Part shown: positions 50,601-63,289 of the stretch, piece after piece
Numbering within the stretch: the first letter of the stretch is position 1
Layout of the letters: each line of letters starts with the position of its first letter
Origin: Eledone cirrhosa
Taxonomy: Eukaryota
Direction of reading: 5' to 3'
NCBI GenBank assembly: GCA_964016885.1
Contig: OZ024741.1
Location: forward strand, 65,224,001 to 65,288,000
DNA: 64,000 bases
The notes under the pieces: generated by a model
Databases searched by the model: none
Told to the model about the DNA's origin: nothing
Seen by the model: the letters and a program-made list of their open reading frames with translations, nothing else
Made by a program: the position numbers and the translations under genes

Positions 50601-52772
50601 GTAAAACCAATAGTTCTAACAATTTCCTTCAACCCTCATCCTGGTGACCTACTTGCTAGAAATAGCAACCAAATTCCCCCACCCCACCCCAACCTGTTCA
50701 TCACATATTTTAAAAGGACACATTTGTTAATATGGTCCTAGGTGCACTATTGTACCAGCATACTTGAGCAAGAGATTGGGGGTAGTAGTAGTGGTGGTGG
50801 TTGTCATGGCTGGAATGCTTTTGATCATAGGTCTGAACTGGTGCTTAACAACTAATAACAATAACAACAACAACCCTCACTCCCCCTCCATCTTCATCAT
50901 AAACATAACTTTGAACCCTGACTGCAACTGTCACATTATATATTACCAGCACTCCCACTACAGGAACAGAATGGAAAAAGAACAAGCAAAAAATAACGAA
51001 GATGGGGGGGGGGGGGGGGAATCAGAAAACAAGATAAACAAAACAAAAACAAATAACAACAACAGGAAGCTCTTCTCTTTTTCTGTTTTCCTTCAACATA
51101 CATTGACCTCTGCCATTTGACCTCTATATACATTTTTGGGAAGTTGTTTTGTTGGTCCAACTTTAAAGAAAAGCGGCTGCTTCTACTTACATAAGAGTAT
51201 TTGAAATATAAAGGTGGGGAGGGGGAGTGACTTAAGAAGAAGAAGAAGATGAAGAAGAAGGTGAGGAGAGTGACTTTCATCTTTTGTTCTAGTTCTTTAG
51301 TTTACTTTAGCCATCACATCTACGCCCATGCTGGAACATCGTCATCAGTTTAGACACGAGGAAGAAAGTCAGTGCTCATAACCCCTTTCAAAGCCTCAAA
51401 GAATGGTGGGTGAGAGAGAGGAAAGTATCCTTTATGGTTTTGATACCATCCTGCCCCAAACTGCCTCTGATTCTACGAAACTAAACCAATCATTTTAAAG
51501 GGTTTCTACTTAAATTAAAACTTTCCAACATAACTTGATATAAGAACATTTTGTTATTTCATTAGAAATATGGTAATGAAAGGCTTAAACCAGAGAGTTG
51601 AGCTGAATCCATTCAACAGTAGACTTTGCTAAAGACAAAAAAGGACTATCTTAACCCTTAAGGCAATCAATCACTATCCTAATCTTAACCCTCACCTTCT
51701 ATTTTTAAGATAGTAAGGTCTAAGTTGAATCAGTATGGTTGTTATTTCAAGCAGATAATGTAACGTTGGTGCTGTCATAAGCAGTGATTTAACTCTTTTC
51801 TGCTGAATACCATGAAACCATGGCCTTCTTTATGAATCTGTTAGTATTGCCTCAGAGGTCTTTATCATATTTACATGTTTATCTTATCATAAACCTATTA
51901 TAGTTATAAAACGAAATCTATTGACTAATGGAACATGTTATAAACTAACTAATCAAAGTTGATGGGTAACTCTAGAAAAAATAGTTACATGGCAACAGCA
52001 GTATACATAGCAACATCACTTCATCACTAACAACCATATTGTTAGGCTGTACTGATACAGTTGTGAATTTTATTTACTATACCAGAAAATCAGATTTATT
52101 GATTTCACTCTGACTAGTTTCAACTAACTACAGTACGAAAACGAAGTCTTCGATGTTGTGCAACTAGATACAATGTGATGTGATACGATCTTCATTTTGA
52201 ATTTTGGATTGTTATTAATATAAGAATGTTATTGTTCATAAATGGGTCATAGCACACATAGCATGATGCCCCCTATCAACTAGAGCCTACCAAGACTGAT
52301 ACAAATATATTAACTAGAATTTGAAAAGAGTAGTGATAGACTATGTTGGTGAGAGTCACATAAAGTAAAATAGGTTTTTTGTTGTGCAGATGTAAGTCAC
52401 CTCTGAGTATAAATCTTGCTGAGAGTAACCTGGCCTTTCATCCTTCTGGGATTGTTAAATAAATAAAATATCAGTCTAAGGTGGTGCACTGGTGGAATTG
52501 TTAGTGTTGGATGAGATGCCTTGCAGTATTTGTTCTAGCTCTTTGCATTCTGAGTTCAGATCTTACAATGACCCTGCTGGGTTGTAGATTTAAGGCTTTT
52601 GATATTAACCTGTTTGAAACAATCTCTGGTTGTATGATATAAAACTACTCATTTTGAAACATTCATAACTATATTAATACCTCCCATTATAATTTTAAGA
52701 AATTTTTGTTAAGAGATGTTCCAAACATCAGCTTACTAATGAAAAAGTTCTTCTTTTTTTTACTGAATTCCT

Positions 52773-52998
52773 TTAACTCCTTAGCATTTAAACTGGCCAT
52801 ATATGGCCAGATTTCTCTCACCTCTTTCTGTTCAAATCAGCCATAACCGGCTGCTCATACTGATGTTAAGGTATTGTTCTCAAAATAAATATCAAAATCT
52901 CGTAGATTCAATATTATGTGAGGTAATTATGAAAGGTAAAGCCTTTACCGTTAAAATATAATAGTGTATATAGAGTAATGTAAATGTTAAAGAGTTAA
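52773..52998. mobile_element. piggyBac-like MITE A nested in MITE B
   Basis: TTAACTCCTTAGC...GTTAAAGAGTTAA within family-B sequence. Confidence 0.75.
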
Positions 52999-54345
52999 AT
53001 TGTTGATTATTTACAAAATTAATTGAAACATATCGGTAATATATTTCATCAGAAATACATTAATGAAAGGAATAATCTGTCACCTGGTTTAACATCACCA
53101 CCTTGCCCTGGGGTGTCTTTAGTAGATTCTACTCTATTGCCAGCATTCAGGCCAGATCTGTGGATTCAGGATACTTCCTCCCCCACTCTCAACAGCTTAA
53201 GAGACCTTGAAAAAATGAAAGGTTTATGAGTGCTGCACTTCCATTCTAACTAAGTTATAATATAGTTTATAAAATAACTTGGTGTGACCAGAGATCTATT
53301 ATTGCAGATATACTATGTCTCTGCCAAGCTGAGGTTCATATTGCACATTCTGACATGTATTGATGGAATGGGCTTCTGTTGGTTTCTTGTTAGATCAACA
53401 AAACAATCTGCTCATGAAATTAACATCTGAATGGTTGAGTACTCCACCGACACATGTATTCTTAAGGTAATTTATGAAGGAATTCAGTATGAAACTGTGT
53501 CGAACAAGGTTTTTTTTTTAAAACACACACTATTTTCTAAAACTTAATGAATTCCAAATCACACCATACTGCCTAAAATAAGGAAAGGCATATAAGATAG
53601 TGTAATAGTTGTTAAAAAGATGGTTTTGTCACTGCTGGAATACCTTTGATCATAAGTCTGCTCAATCAGATTTCTCCCAGGGTTAAATAAGGAAAGGGCA
53701 CACTAGATAATATAATCCTACATCTTTAAAAAGATGGTTTTTTGTCACAGCTAGAATATATTTGATCATACAAGTAAGTCAGTTCAATCAGATTTCTTTT
53801 GGGGCTAAATAGCTACTAAAACCCTATAATGATGACTAAGTATTTTGTTTTATATATTTTGCAGGAAACTGGAAGTTAGTTTATGACTTGTAATTGTCTT
53901 ATATTCCAGTACATACAGTACTTTACAACATATATAAATCTGCATACACTTCAAAGTGATAAATTCGTAGAACCATTACAACTTGGATAGAATGACTATT
54001 TCATCTGACTCTGTATTGAGTTCAAGGTCAATAAATTACCAGTCATATACTAGGGATTGAATCTTCTCTCTCTCTTACTCTCTCTGGTTGGTACCTGTAA
54101 TTCAAAAGTCCAGCTATGTTACACAGTGACACACCAATTCAGATTAAAAATTGCATTAACCCTTTTGTTACAAACATACCTTAAACCACCCATGGTTCTA
54201 TGATGAAAAGCTATTTTTTAAAAGTATTCATATTTAAATTGAAACCTTTTGTTACAGTTTTATGTAAGAACCTTTATTAAGTTATGTTCCAAACACCAAC
54301 AAAAAAGTTTGCTATATTACAAAATCCCTACAATTTTTTTTTATC

Positions 54346-54567
54346 TTAAGCCTTTAGCATTTCATCCAGCCGTATCCGGTCAGAATTCTCACTTCTTTCT
54401 GTTCAAACTGGTCATAACCGACCCCTCATACTAATGTTAAGGTATTGTTCTCAAAATGAATAATATCAAAATCTCATAGATTTGATATTATGTGAAATAA
54501 TTATGTGAGGTAAAGCCTTTATTGCGAAAATACAGTAGTAAATATAGAGTACATACTAAAGGGTTAA
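54346..54567. mobile_element. piggyBac-like MITE A nested in MITE B
   Basis: TTAAGCCTTTAGC...CTAAAGGGTTAA within 54157-54625. Confidence 0.75.
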
Positions 54568-55125
54568 AAATGAACTGAAAGTCATAGACAATACATTTCA
54601 TTCAAAATATGGTAATGAAGGGATATACATATGATGGGAATACTCAGCCAGTTACATGTTAATTTCATGTGTAGGAATTTAGATGGTTGAACAACTGAAT
54701 GCTCATCATTAAGACCCACTACTCCATGCACTTTGCAAGCCTAAAACATTAGTGAAGATGTGTGACTTAGTGATTAAGGTTGTTGGGCTTATGATTGTAA
54801 TGTCAAAGGTTCAATTCCTGGACTAGGTGGTATGTTGTATTTTTGATCAAAATACTTCATTTCTCACTACTACATTCATCTCAGCAGAGAATGTATACCA
54901 GCAGTAACAGCTGGGAGTTAACTCTGTCATGGACTAGCATGCTGTTTTGTATTCCCAGTCCCTTAAATGCCAGTGAAACTGGGATAAGCTCAAGCCTGAT
55001 GTGCTTCTAGGTTTGGAACAGACGTTTTTAATATGTCTCAGCCATTTCATCATATATCTGTCAACTAAATCAGGGTTGATCTGGGAATTAAACACTAACA
55101 TCATCCTGTGCTTCTTTCAAGCATT

Positions 55126-55308
55126 GTGGATTGGCAGTATCGGTAGAGGGTCGGACGCCATGCTTTCCAGCATAGTTACGTCCCTTTACCATCTGAGTTC
55201 AAATCCCGCCGGGGTTGACTTTGCCTTTCATCCTTACGGGGTCGATAAAATAAAGTACCAGTAATGCACTGGTAATTGCTGGCCTTGTGCCTAAAGTAGA
55301 AACAATTA
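55126..55308 (+). mobile_element. Nin-domain SINE
   Basis: Matches the consensus. Confidence 0.85.
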
Positions 55309-57423
55309 TGTATTTTAAAATCATCATCATCATCAATGTCATCGTTTTTACGTCTGTTTTTCCACCATGCATGAGTTGAATGGGTCCTTATCAGCACAGA
55401 ATCTTTCCATTCATCACATTCCTTTGTTATCTCTTCTGTGAGTCTCTATGTTCAAGTGAGCAAGTTGTAATTTGAGAGAAATCCTGCTGTTGGGGTGGGA
55501 AGATGAGGTGAGGGAGAATCCACCACTGTTTCTGGTAGGTTAAAATAACTGAATAGAGGCCTCCTTGCTGGATGTAATTAGTTTTATGTCAAATTTGATG
55601 AACAATAGCATCATTTGTTATAAGTTTCCAATCAAAATAACACACAGTGGTATTTTTATTCAAAGGCCTCACTTTTTCCGGTTCTCTCACTGATGTTTAC
55701 ATCTTTCACCAATATATATCAGTGAAAGATCTACACACACTCAGTATAGGATTAGCCAAGACCATGTGAATGTGTATACATATCAAAGTTATGTATTTCC
55801 CTTAAGTGCACAGTTTAATATATATATATATCATTATTGTTTAACATCCATTTTCCATGCTTGCATGGATTAGGTGGATTTTCATGTTATGAAATGTCGG
55901 GTCCTGAGACCAGTCTTCCTCATATGGGTCTGTCTGCTTTCCAAGAACAAGCTGCCATTAAGGAAATGGACCTTTTTTGATAGGCAGAGAAATATTAGGT
56001 AAGAATTCCATTTAATATAAACTATGGCTATACAGGAGGAATAGTGGGATCATGTCCAGGTTAATAAAAGAGGTAGCCATTGTATATGGCAGATATACAG
56101 GAGTAATAAGTAGTATGAGCACCAGTGAAATAAACTTTTTCTAATTCAAGAAAGACTTCATTAGTTGTTGATAGTTTCTGTTATCATCATCATCATCATA
56201 ACGTTCCCTTTCCCTGCTAGCAAAGGTTGGACAGGTCTACATAGACCAAGTCTGTACTGAAACAGTGGCTACTGATCTCCCAGACAAACCAGGACTTTTT
56301 TGTCTTGCTTATGTACGATCTCATGTTTTGTATTGTCTTTGACACAATTGATCATCCTCCCAACCCTTTGTTTGGCAGGCTTTCTATGGTTGGATGCCCT
56401 TCCTATCAGCAACAACTTTACAGCATGTACTGAGTGTGTTTATCATGTATATCACCAACACTAGAGAGGCTGTCATGTCCTTGACATGACTGAAGAGTCC
56501 TCTGCAATATTTATTAGTGGAGAGGGAGATGGAGTGGCAGTCATTAGAACATCAGAGAAATACATAGCAGTATTTATTCCAGCTCTTTATGTTCTGAGTT
56601 CAAATCCCTGTGAGGTGAACTTTGTCTTTCATCCTTCTATGGTCGATAGAATAAAATACCAGCCACGAACTGGGCTTGATATAATTGACTATTCCTGTTT
56701 CACCTAAAATTGCTTATCTTGTGCAGAAATTAAAAGCCATACTTAGAAGTTGAGGGGGTGCTCCAAAAGCATAAAATCTAGAATAAGAACTAGGTGAGAA
56801 AAGTTCAGGAAACTATTACCCTCTCTCTGAACAAAGGGTGGATTATGCCTCTGTATGAAGTGTGATGTTACATGGTAGTGACATATGTGCATTGAATGCA
56901 GAGGGTGTATGAAAACTAGAAAGAAATGATTCAAACATAATCTGTTGGATGTGTAATGCTTGTGTGCATAATGTGCATTTCTGGTGGTGAGTATGACAAG
57001 CATTTCTACGTAGGTAGACTTCGTTTGAAGAACACTTTTTTATATTTTTTTGCAAAGATGTTTAAAATGATAACAACGCTTGTTTATTTTTATGGGTGTT
57101 ATTTCTCCAGATTCTGGTGCCATTTCATTTGTTTCCTACTCCACACTTGAATGCTGCAAGTTTTTTTGTTATTTGGGGAATGAAAAAAAAAAGCCCCAGC
57201 TGTTATGCAACCATTTACCAATATACAGCAAAACATATAAACACACACACTCACACAAACACACACACACAAACATGCACACACACACACACAAACACAC
57301 ACACACATATATATATATGTATATATATGTATGTATATATATATATATGTATGTATATATATATATGTATATATATATATATGTATGTATATATATATAT
57401 ATATATATGTATGTATATATATG

Positions 57424-57454
<31 letters not shown>

Positions 57455-57960
57455 GTATATATATATGTATGTATATATATATATATGTATGTATATATGT
57501 ATGTGTATATATGTGTGTATGTATATTTATATACATATGTGTGTGTATATATATACACACACACATATGTATATACATATATATATATATATATATATAC
57601 ATAATATCTATATTACTGCTCTGTATAACAACTGATGTTCTTACATTGAGCTATTTATCTTACTGGTAATAAGGTAGTAATAAATTACTGACCTTACCTG
57701 TTTATAGTTGTATATAGTATAATATATACATAACTATAAATAGTATCCTTAATATTATTATATATATGTATATACAGATTAGAGCAAACATCACGGGCGC
57801 TCTATCTCAAAATTATTTTTGAAAAGCATTAGAAACGCGCAACCCGTAAAAACTTAAAACTAAAACAGAATGCTAACCAATACTTATTACTAATTTTTAC
57901 TTATTCTAATTAAACTATTTTTCACTGGGAACAATTTGTCAGCATTTTCTTTTCCTTTTA

Positions 57961-58000
<40 letters not shown>

Positions 58001-58005
<5 letters not shown>

Positions 58006-59057
58006 TGAAACAAAATGAAAATGAAATTTCATTTCTCACTCTTAGTATGGCACTTACTTAAATGTAAGTATGCATGTATACGTACATACATATATGTATA
58101 CAGACGTACAGTAGCATGCACATATATATATATATATACATATATATATACATATGCATACAGGTACACATACATATATGCACGTATCAGTTTAGCGGCG
58201 CTTATTATAACGTCGCTTTGTTCGTTTGTAAACAAACTGAACAGCCTGAATTTATGCCATACGGTGTTAAGGCAACCACGTCACCTTTTTGTTCAACACT
58301 GACACAGGAACGATGTACTAGTTTCAAGCTTGTTAGCTATCATCAGCACCGTTTACCCATCTGCCAGATAGTTGAACGTTCGAAAGTATATACTTTCCTT
58401 ATGAAAAATTAACGGCTGAGCAGCCTAATTTGCATATTGAGTGAGTTAAATCGGTCAGGCATACCGAAAACGATAAATTGAAACAAAATGAAAACGAAAT
58501 TTCATTTCTCACTCTTAGTATGGCACTTACTTAAATGTAAGTATGCATGTATACGTACATACATATATGTATACAGACGTACAGTAGCATGCACATATAT
58601 ATATATATATACATATATATATACATATGCATACAGGTACACATACATATATGCACGTATCAGTTTAGCGGCGCTTATTATAACGTCGCTTTGTTCGTTT
58701 GTAAACAAACTGAACAGCCTGAATTTATGCCATACGGTGTTAAGGCAACCACGTCACCTTTTTGTTCAACACTGACACAGGAACGATGTACTAGTTTCAA
58801 GCTTGTTAGCTATCATCAGCACCGTTTACCCATCTGCCAGATAGTTGAACGTTCGAAAGTATATACTTTCCTTATGAAAATTAACGGCTGAGCAGCCTAA
58901 TTTGCATATTGAGTGAGTTAAATCGGTTGCCTTAACACCGTATGGCATAAATTCAGGCTGTTCAGTTTGTTTACAAACGAACAAAGCGACGTTATAATAA
59001 GCGCCTCTAAACTGATACGTGCATATATGTATGTGTACCTGTATGCATATGTATATA

Positions 59058-59095
<38 letters not shown>

Positions 59096-59155
59096 CATGC
59101 TACTGTACGTCTGTATACATATATGTATGTACGTATACATGCATACTTACATTTA
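58001..59155. repeat. ~473-bp tandem duplication followed by an inverted partial copy
   Basis: 58001-58473 is nearly identical to 58474-58926; 58924-59155 is the reverse complement of ~58531-58750. Confidence 0.9.
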
Positions 59156-59259
59156 TATATATATATATATATATATCAGTTCCTGTCCCACCCTTGCAAG
59201 CAGGGAAAAGTGGACGTAAAATGATGATGATGATGATATATATATATATATATATATAA

Positions 59260-59530
59260 GTATAATGAAAAATAAATGTTACGGGCGAAAGGGAGGAGGA
59301 TCCGTCATTCCTAATTTTCCTCTTTACGTTGCTTCACCTTTTGTGTCTGTTTACATGTTTTTCTCTCTCTCTTCCCCTTTCTTTTATCCCAATAACTTAT
59401 TTTAGTTATTGTTTTGCCCTAGGCTGAGGTATATTGTCTCTAACGCGAAGAAATACCAATGATTCCTAGTAGACAACTGATGACGGATACACCTCTCTTT
59501 CACCCGTAACTTTTATTTTTCATTATATAT
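59260..59530 (+). mobile_element. Element with inverted ends and a structured internal domain, probably a Penelope-like end
   Basis: TATAATGAAAAATAAA.GTTACGGG..GGATCCGTCA pairs with TGACGGAT..CCCGTAAC.TTTATTTTTCATTATA; internal motif shared with 1255-1351. Confidence 0.65.
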
Positions 59531-59597
59531 AAAGTACCAGTAATGTACTGGGTAATTGCTGGCCTTGTGCCAAAAGTAGAAACAATTATATATATAT

Positions 59598-60725
59598 ATC
59601 ATCATCATCATCATCATCACCGTTTTACGTTCGTTCTTCCACGCTAGCATGGGTTAGACGGGTTGTCCTGTTGTGGGCAGTGTCTGGTCGGCTGACCATG
59701 CCTTGCTCATACAGGAACTGATTTGGCTTGATTTCTACAGCTGGATGCCCTTCCTAACACCAACCTCATTTACAGTGAGTGCTGGGTGCTTTTTCGTGGC
59801 GCCTACACATCCACTTTACAGTGTGGGCTGGGTGCTTTTTTGCCGTGGCACCTCCACGACCACCTTGCGGTGGGGGGTGGGGGGCATATTGTCTATATGC
59901 TTCAGCTTGTACCCATGGGAGGTCGGGTACTCTGTATTACTGCGTGACGCCAGAGGTCACAGTCGTGTGTCATTGCCTTTGAGAGGTGTAATTGGGTAAG
60001 GTCGGCTTTTATCACCTCATCCCAGGTCATCTTGGGTCTCCCCACTCCGCGGCCCCCATCGACCCCCAGTGCTCTGCACCTTTTTATGCAGTCGTCATCC
60101 CCCACACGCATCACATGTCCATACCAGCGCAACCGCCTCTCCTGCACACAGCACCTGATTCCTCTTATGCTCAGTCTCTCTCTCAATTCATTTATGCTTT
60201 GTCATTCACGTATATTACTGTTACACATCCATCGGAGCATGCAGGCTTCGTTTCTCTCTAATCTACGTAAGTCTTCCACCTTCAGCGCCCAGGTCTCACT
60301 ACCATGCAACATCGCTGTTCGGATACACGCATCATACAGTCTGCCTTTCATTCTGAGGGAGAAGCCTCTTGCAGCTAGCAGTGGTAGTAGTTCCCTAAAC
60401 TTCTTCCATCCCGCTCTTACCCCAGCTACTGTACTTTCTGAACACCCACCTCCGCTGCTAATTCGGTCACCTAGGTAGCAGAAGCTGTCTACTGTTTCTA
60501 CAGGGCCCTCCCAGAGATTGGTGGTACTTGTTTCCTGTGGCTGCTTGCTGTCCCAGCACAGCTGCTGCATGTGAAGCCCACATTCTTAATTAAGCTTCCT
60601 GAGATCCCGCTACATCTCTTGTGCACCCATTGTTTGCACCTGGGGCAGAGAATCGAGCTCCCACCCACAATTTCCCACATACTGAGCAAGGCCATCTCCC
60701 CGAGGGGACCTGGGTTCTGTTTTCT
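59598..60725 (-). mobile_element. 5'-truncated RTE LINE of the same family as 20954-22878, with A-to-G excess
   Basis: Colinear with 20954-22068; differences in the coding part are dominated by plus-strand T>C. Confidence 0.95.
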
Positions 60726-60737
60726 ATATATTCTGTT

Positions 60738-60772
<35 letters not shown>

Positions 60773-60811
60773 GTGTATCCCATGTTCATTCGAAGGAAAT
60801 CATCAGGAAAA

Positions 60812-60860
60812 CTTTCCTGATGATTTCCTTCGAATGAAACAGTTCTACTCCTGTAGAAGC
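60812..60860 (+). ncRNA. Type-I hammerhead motif with a closed stem III, partly inside the palindrome 60785-60838
   Basis: TTTC-CTGATGA-TTTC-CTTC-GAAT-GAA-ACAG-TTCTACTC-CTGT-A-GAAG. Confidence 0.75.
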
Positions 60861-60959
60861 CATTTCTATATTAAATATATATATATGTGTGTGTGTGTGT
60901 GTATGTGTAAAGTTACTGTGTATAAAGTATGAAACACAGATGAGTAAAATTGAATAATT

Positions 60960-61240
60960 GGAAGGTTGTGAGTTCGATATCCTGCAGTGTGTTGTGTCTT
61001 TGAGCAAGACACTTTATTTAACGTTGCTTCAGTCCACTCAGCTGGCAAAAATGTGTTGCACCTGTAGTTTAAAATAGCCAGCCTTGTCCCATTCTGTGTC
61101 ATGCTGAATCTCCCTGAGAACTATGTTAAGGTTACATGTGTCTGTAGAATGCTCAGCCACTTGCACGATAATTTCACAAGCAGGTTGTTCCATTGATCTG
61201 ATAAACTGGAACACTCGTCATCGTAGCCGACAGAGTGCCT
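60960..61240 (+). mobile_element. Meta-core SINE with a different 3' body
   Basis: GTTGTGAGTTCGAT B-box-like motif; TTGAGCAAGACACTTTATT..GCTTCAGTCCACTCAGCTG. Confidence 0.7.
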
Positions 61241-61764
61241 TAGTATATAAATTGTGTATTTTATATTATGGCCTTTGTATTGATAACTTATGTAAACAAC
61301 TCAAAATAATTTGTATTTGCTTGGTGTGTTATTTGTTATTTGTGTTGTTTTCTGGTAAATATAATCCAGAAAAATCAATATAATAATAATAATAATAATA
61401 ATTTCTTTATTAAATAAGAATATTAACAACAATAACAACAACGCTGATGATGATTTCTATTTTTAACAATATTAACAATAACAATTTAGACACAAGGCCA
61501 GCAAATTAGGAGGAAATTAAGTCAGTTATATAAATTCTTTTCGAGGTCAATATAATAAAGTACCGAAGTTGAAGGATTTAAACTCAGAAAATAAAGGGCC
61601 ATTACTAAATGCTACTAAGTATTTTGTCTGGCATTGTAATGATTCTGAAAATCCACTGCATTTCAACAATAATTAAATAACAACAACAATAACAATAATA
61701 ATAGGTAACAACCCGATAAGAAATATATATAAAACCTGCAAAAGAAGGAATGATGATAAAATAA

Positions 61765-62172
61765 TGGTTTCTGATTTTTAGGCGCAAGGGCAACAATTTT
61801 GGCAGAGGGAAAAGTCAATTAAATTGATCCCAGTGCATTATTGGTACTTTCTTTTATTGACTCCGTAAGGATGAAAGGCAAAGTTAACCTCGATGAGATT
61901 TTGAACTCAGACCATAAAGGGCCGTAACTCTATTCTGTAAAGCATGGCATTCGACCCTTTACCAATACTTGTTTCTACTTTAGGCACAAGGCCAGCAATT
62001 ACCCAGTGCATTACTGGTACTTTATTTTATCGACCCCGTAAGGATGAAAGGCAAAGTCAACCTCGGCGGGATTTGAACTCAGATCGTAAAGGGACGTAAC
62101 TATGCTGGAAAGCATGGCGTCTGACCCTCTACCGATACTGCCAATCCACCGACCCTTTACCAATACTGCCAA
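61765..62172 (-). mobile_element. Nested Nin-domain SINEs (young copy 61968-62151 inside an older copy)
   Basis: Consensus matches; CGACCCTTTACCAATACT is duplicated on both sides of the inner copy. Confidence 0.8.
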
Positions 62173-62214
62173 TTTACCATAGAATAATGATATAATAATA
62201 ATAATTATTATTTT

Positions 62215-63245
62215 GTCCTCTCTCAGGATTGATCTTAATTCCTAGTTTAGTCAAGAGAGTGGGCCACATTCTGTGGTCTTAGATATCATGACGTTGTTCC
62301 CTTCTTTTCAGTTTCTATCCAATATCTTTCATATCATCCTAGCAGTTCCAAGCATACAAGGTTTCTATAACATTTCCACTGTAAGATTCAATTCTAGTTT
62401 TTCTATCAATTTATCAAAATTCTTTGTAATCATCCCTCAGGCATCAACAACTACTAATATCGCTTTCACCTTTTTTATCTTCCACATTCTTGAAATTTCA
62501 TACTTCAGGAGGCCAAAAGTTATGCACTTTTCTTTTTCTTTTATGCGAGTATCAAATAGGCAAGCTGGATCTCTCAACTGACACATTTTGTTTTTCTTTT
62601 CGATTACAGTGATGTCTGATCTATTATCATCTAGCCATTTATTAGTTTGTATGGACCAATCCCATAGAATCTTGCAGTCTTCTGACTCCAATAATTTCTC
62701 TGGAAAGTGCATGTACCATTTATCTGTCTTCAAATCCTCACATCTAACAGTTTCCAGCAGATTATTTTGGCTTTATTATTATGTCTCACCTTCTTATATT
62801 CATTTTGAGCAAGTTTCTGATACTCTTATACAATGTGTGTCACTGTTTTAACTGCACCATTACACAATCAACACAGAGGAGATACATCTTCACCATACAC
62901 TGATTTTCTAATGTTACTCGTGCAAATTACTTGATCTTGTGTTGCAGTTATTGTGCACTTCGTTTCTTTTTTCAAATATCCTTCTTTAGCCAATCCCACG
63001 ATTCTATTCCTCTCATTTCATTTATTGTTTTTCTGAACTGCCCATGTAGTGCCTTGTCATATACAATTCATTCTGTATATCTTCTTTACTTTTGCTACCA
63101 GTGTTAGTTCCAAACAAATCTGCTTCGTTCACAACCCTCAGTAATTCCTATCTGGACACACGTAAATACTGTTCTAACTCTTTCATTTCTATTCTAACAC
63201 AATCTTCTATCCTTATCAAACCTTGGCCTCTGTTTTCTCTTTTTC

Positions 63246-63246
<1 letters not shown>
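62215..63246 (-). mobile_element. R4/Dong-type REL LINE fragment between (TAA)n tracts
   Basis: KWYMHFPEKLLESEDCKILWDWSIQTNKWLDDNRSDITVIEKK..DPAC..EK; upstream ALHGQF and GLIRIE motifs. Confidence 0.85.
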
Positions 63247-63289
<43 letters not shown>

